NCBI RefSeq assembly: GCF_947568905.1
Contig: NC_079168.1
Location: 69,130,001 to 69,194,000, forward strand
Origin: Ostrea edulis
Taxonomy: Eukaryota
Length of the DNA stretch: 64,000 nt
Direction: 5' to 3'
A model generated the notes under the pieces. That model had not been told where the DNA came from. It saw nothing but the letters and a program-made list of their open reading frames with translations, and ran no database searches. Shown one piece after another: positions 62,453 through 64,000 of the stretch (position 1 is its first letter; each line of letters begins with the position of its first letter). A program made the translations under genes and the position numbers.

Positions 62453-62699
62453 CCCCCAGGTTTGATGGAGCTAGGCCTTGCAGTGTACAGGATACCCCAG
62501 GTTTGATGGAGCTAGGCCTTGCAGTGTACAGGATACCCCAGGTTTGATGGAGCTAGGCCTTGCAGTGTACAGGATACCCCAGGTTTGATGGAGCTAGGCC
62601 TTGCAGTGTACAGGATACCCCAGGTTTGATGGAGCTAGGCCTTGCAGTGTACAGGATACCCCAGGTTTGATGGAGCTAGGCCTTGCAGTGTACAGGATA
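62453..62699. repeat. 41-bp tandem repeat, 6 near-identical copies
   Basis: CCCCAGGTTTGATGGAGCTAGGCCTTGCAGTGTACAGGATA x6. Confidence 0.96.
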
Positions 62700-62767
62700 C
62701 TTGTAGACGTATTTGATTCCACGAAGTCATAATTCCACGGATTATCGGTTTTATACGCTCGTCAAAG

Positions 62768-62898
62768 ACGGGATGCTTACTCCTCCTGGGCACCTGATCC
62801 CACCTCTGGTGTGTCCAGGGGTCTGTGTTTGCCCAACTATTTATTTGTATTGCTTATAGGAGTTATGAGATTGATCACTGTTCGTTATCTTCACCTTC
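62768..62898 (+). mobile_element. Naiad-like PLE 3' end fragment
   Basis: GGGATGCTTACTCCTCCTGGGCACCTGATCCCACC..TTATCTTCACCTT. Confidence 0.75.
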
Positions 62899-62899
62899 C

Positions 62900-62992
62900 A
62901 TTATGGTATGGCATCGTCCGTCTGTCTGTAAACTTTTAACATTTTCGATTTGTTCTCCAGAACCACTGGGCCTATTTCAACCGTTTGGCAAA

Positions 62993-63023
<31 letters not shown>

Positions 63024-63597
63024 GTTCAAATGAAGGGCCATGTCCCCTTCAAAGGGGAGATACTCGCAAAAATAGGATCGTGTCATTTGAAAATCTTCCT
63101 CTCAAGAACTACTGGGCCAGAAGAGCTGAAATTCACATGAAAGGTGTCTGACATCGTGCAGATTCAAGTTTGTTAAAATCATGACCACCGGGGGTAGGAC
63201 GGGACCACAATAGGGGATCAAAGTTTTACATACAAATATTTTGGGAAAATCTTTATGAATGTTTTTTCAAGAATCACTGGGCCAGAAAAGTTCAAGTTTA
63301 CATGACATAGTGCAAATTCAAGTTTAGTAAAATCATACCCTCGGGGGTAGGGTGGAGCCTCAACAAGGAATCAAAGTTTTAAATGCAAATAGGAAAAATC
63401 TAAGAATATTTTTCTCAAGAACCACTGGGCCAGAAAAGTTCAAATATACGTGGAAGCTTCCTGACATATAGTACAGATTCAAGTTGTAAAAATAATGCCC
63501 CCCCCCCCCCCCCACCTAAATTCCTATATGCAAACCAAATCTTTAGATATGGGCCAAGGTCAGTCAGGTGAGCGATGTGGCTACTAAGCCTCTTGTT
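62900..63597 (+). mobile_element. HINE/Helentron-type element with Cg170-like ~166-bp units
   Basis: GTCC microsatellite start; repeated CTCAAGAACCACTGGGCCAGAAAAG units; TCAGGTGAGCGATGTGGC..GCCTCTTGTT end. Confidence 0.8.
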
Positions 63598-64000
63598 TCG
63601 TGATTGATACATGTATTGTCATGACATTTTGTCACAACCTCCCTCTTAGAGAGATACATAATTAGTTTACATTTCAACTTGATTGATACACCTTGTCCTG
63701 CTTTGGGACTAAAAGTAGGTCAAATAGTTTTATGGAAATTTTCTCATCATGGATACAGATATTGCACCGAAGGTCTAATAGGCGTATGTTGTAGCGTTTA
63801 CAGTACTCATGTTAGTGTGGCCCGCGGGATTCCAAGGAATAGCATATGGCGTTCATAAAAATATTTTATGTACTATGAGTCCGCTGAAGTTACGCGGACT
63901 TTTTGTGACGGTGGACTTAGTGTAAATAGATACCGCAAGTAAAAAAGTACATTTGATATGAACCGGACTCAGTTTGACTACTACAAAATGAGGCTACAGT

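Overview
Eukaryotic, AT-rich, repeat-dense window; the Cg170-like HINE/Helentron arrays, bivalve-type SINEs and Naiad-like retroelement ends suggest an oyster (Ostreidae) genome (inference). Two genes are supported. The first is the last three coding exons of a DDX28-like mitochondrial DEAD-box helicase (+; 3385-3477, 6249-6401, 15609-15689). The second is an intronless INSM1/IA-1 (nerfin/egl-46 family) SNAG-zinc-finger neural transcription factor (+; 32395-33621), lying in a ~11-13 kb zone almost free of transposons. The rest is minisatellites, nested non-autonomous DNA transposons, SINEs, LINE/PLE fragments and one N gap. Most notable observations: a perfect proneural-bHLH/POU composite motif ~0.9 kb upstream of Insm; seven miR-92-family seed sites in ~280 bp of the Insm 3'UTR plus miR-124 sites; a ~53-copy tandem amplification of a DDX28 exon-end/5' splice donor; and a candidate HDV-like ribozyme at the 5' end of a broken RTE retrotransposon. 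All calls were made by eye with no database searches; repeat boundaries are approximate.
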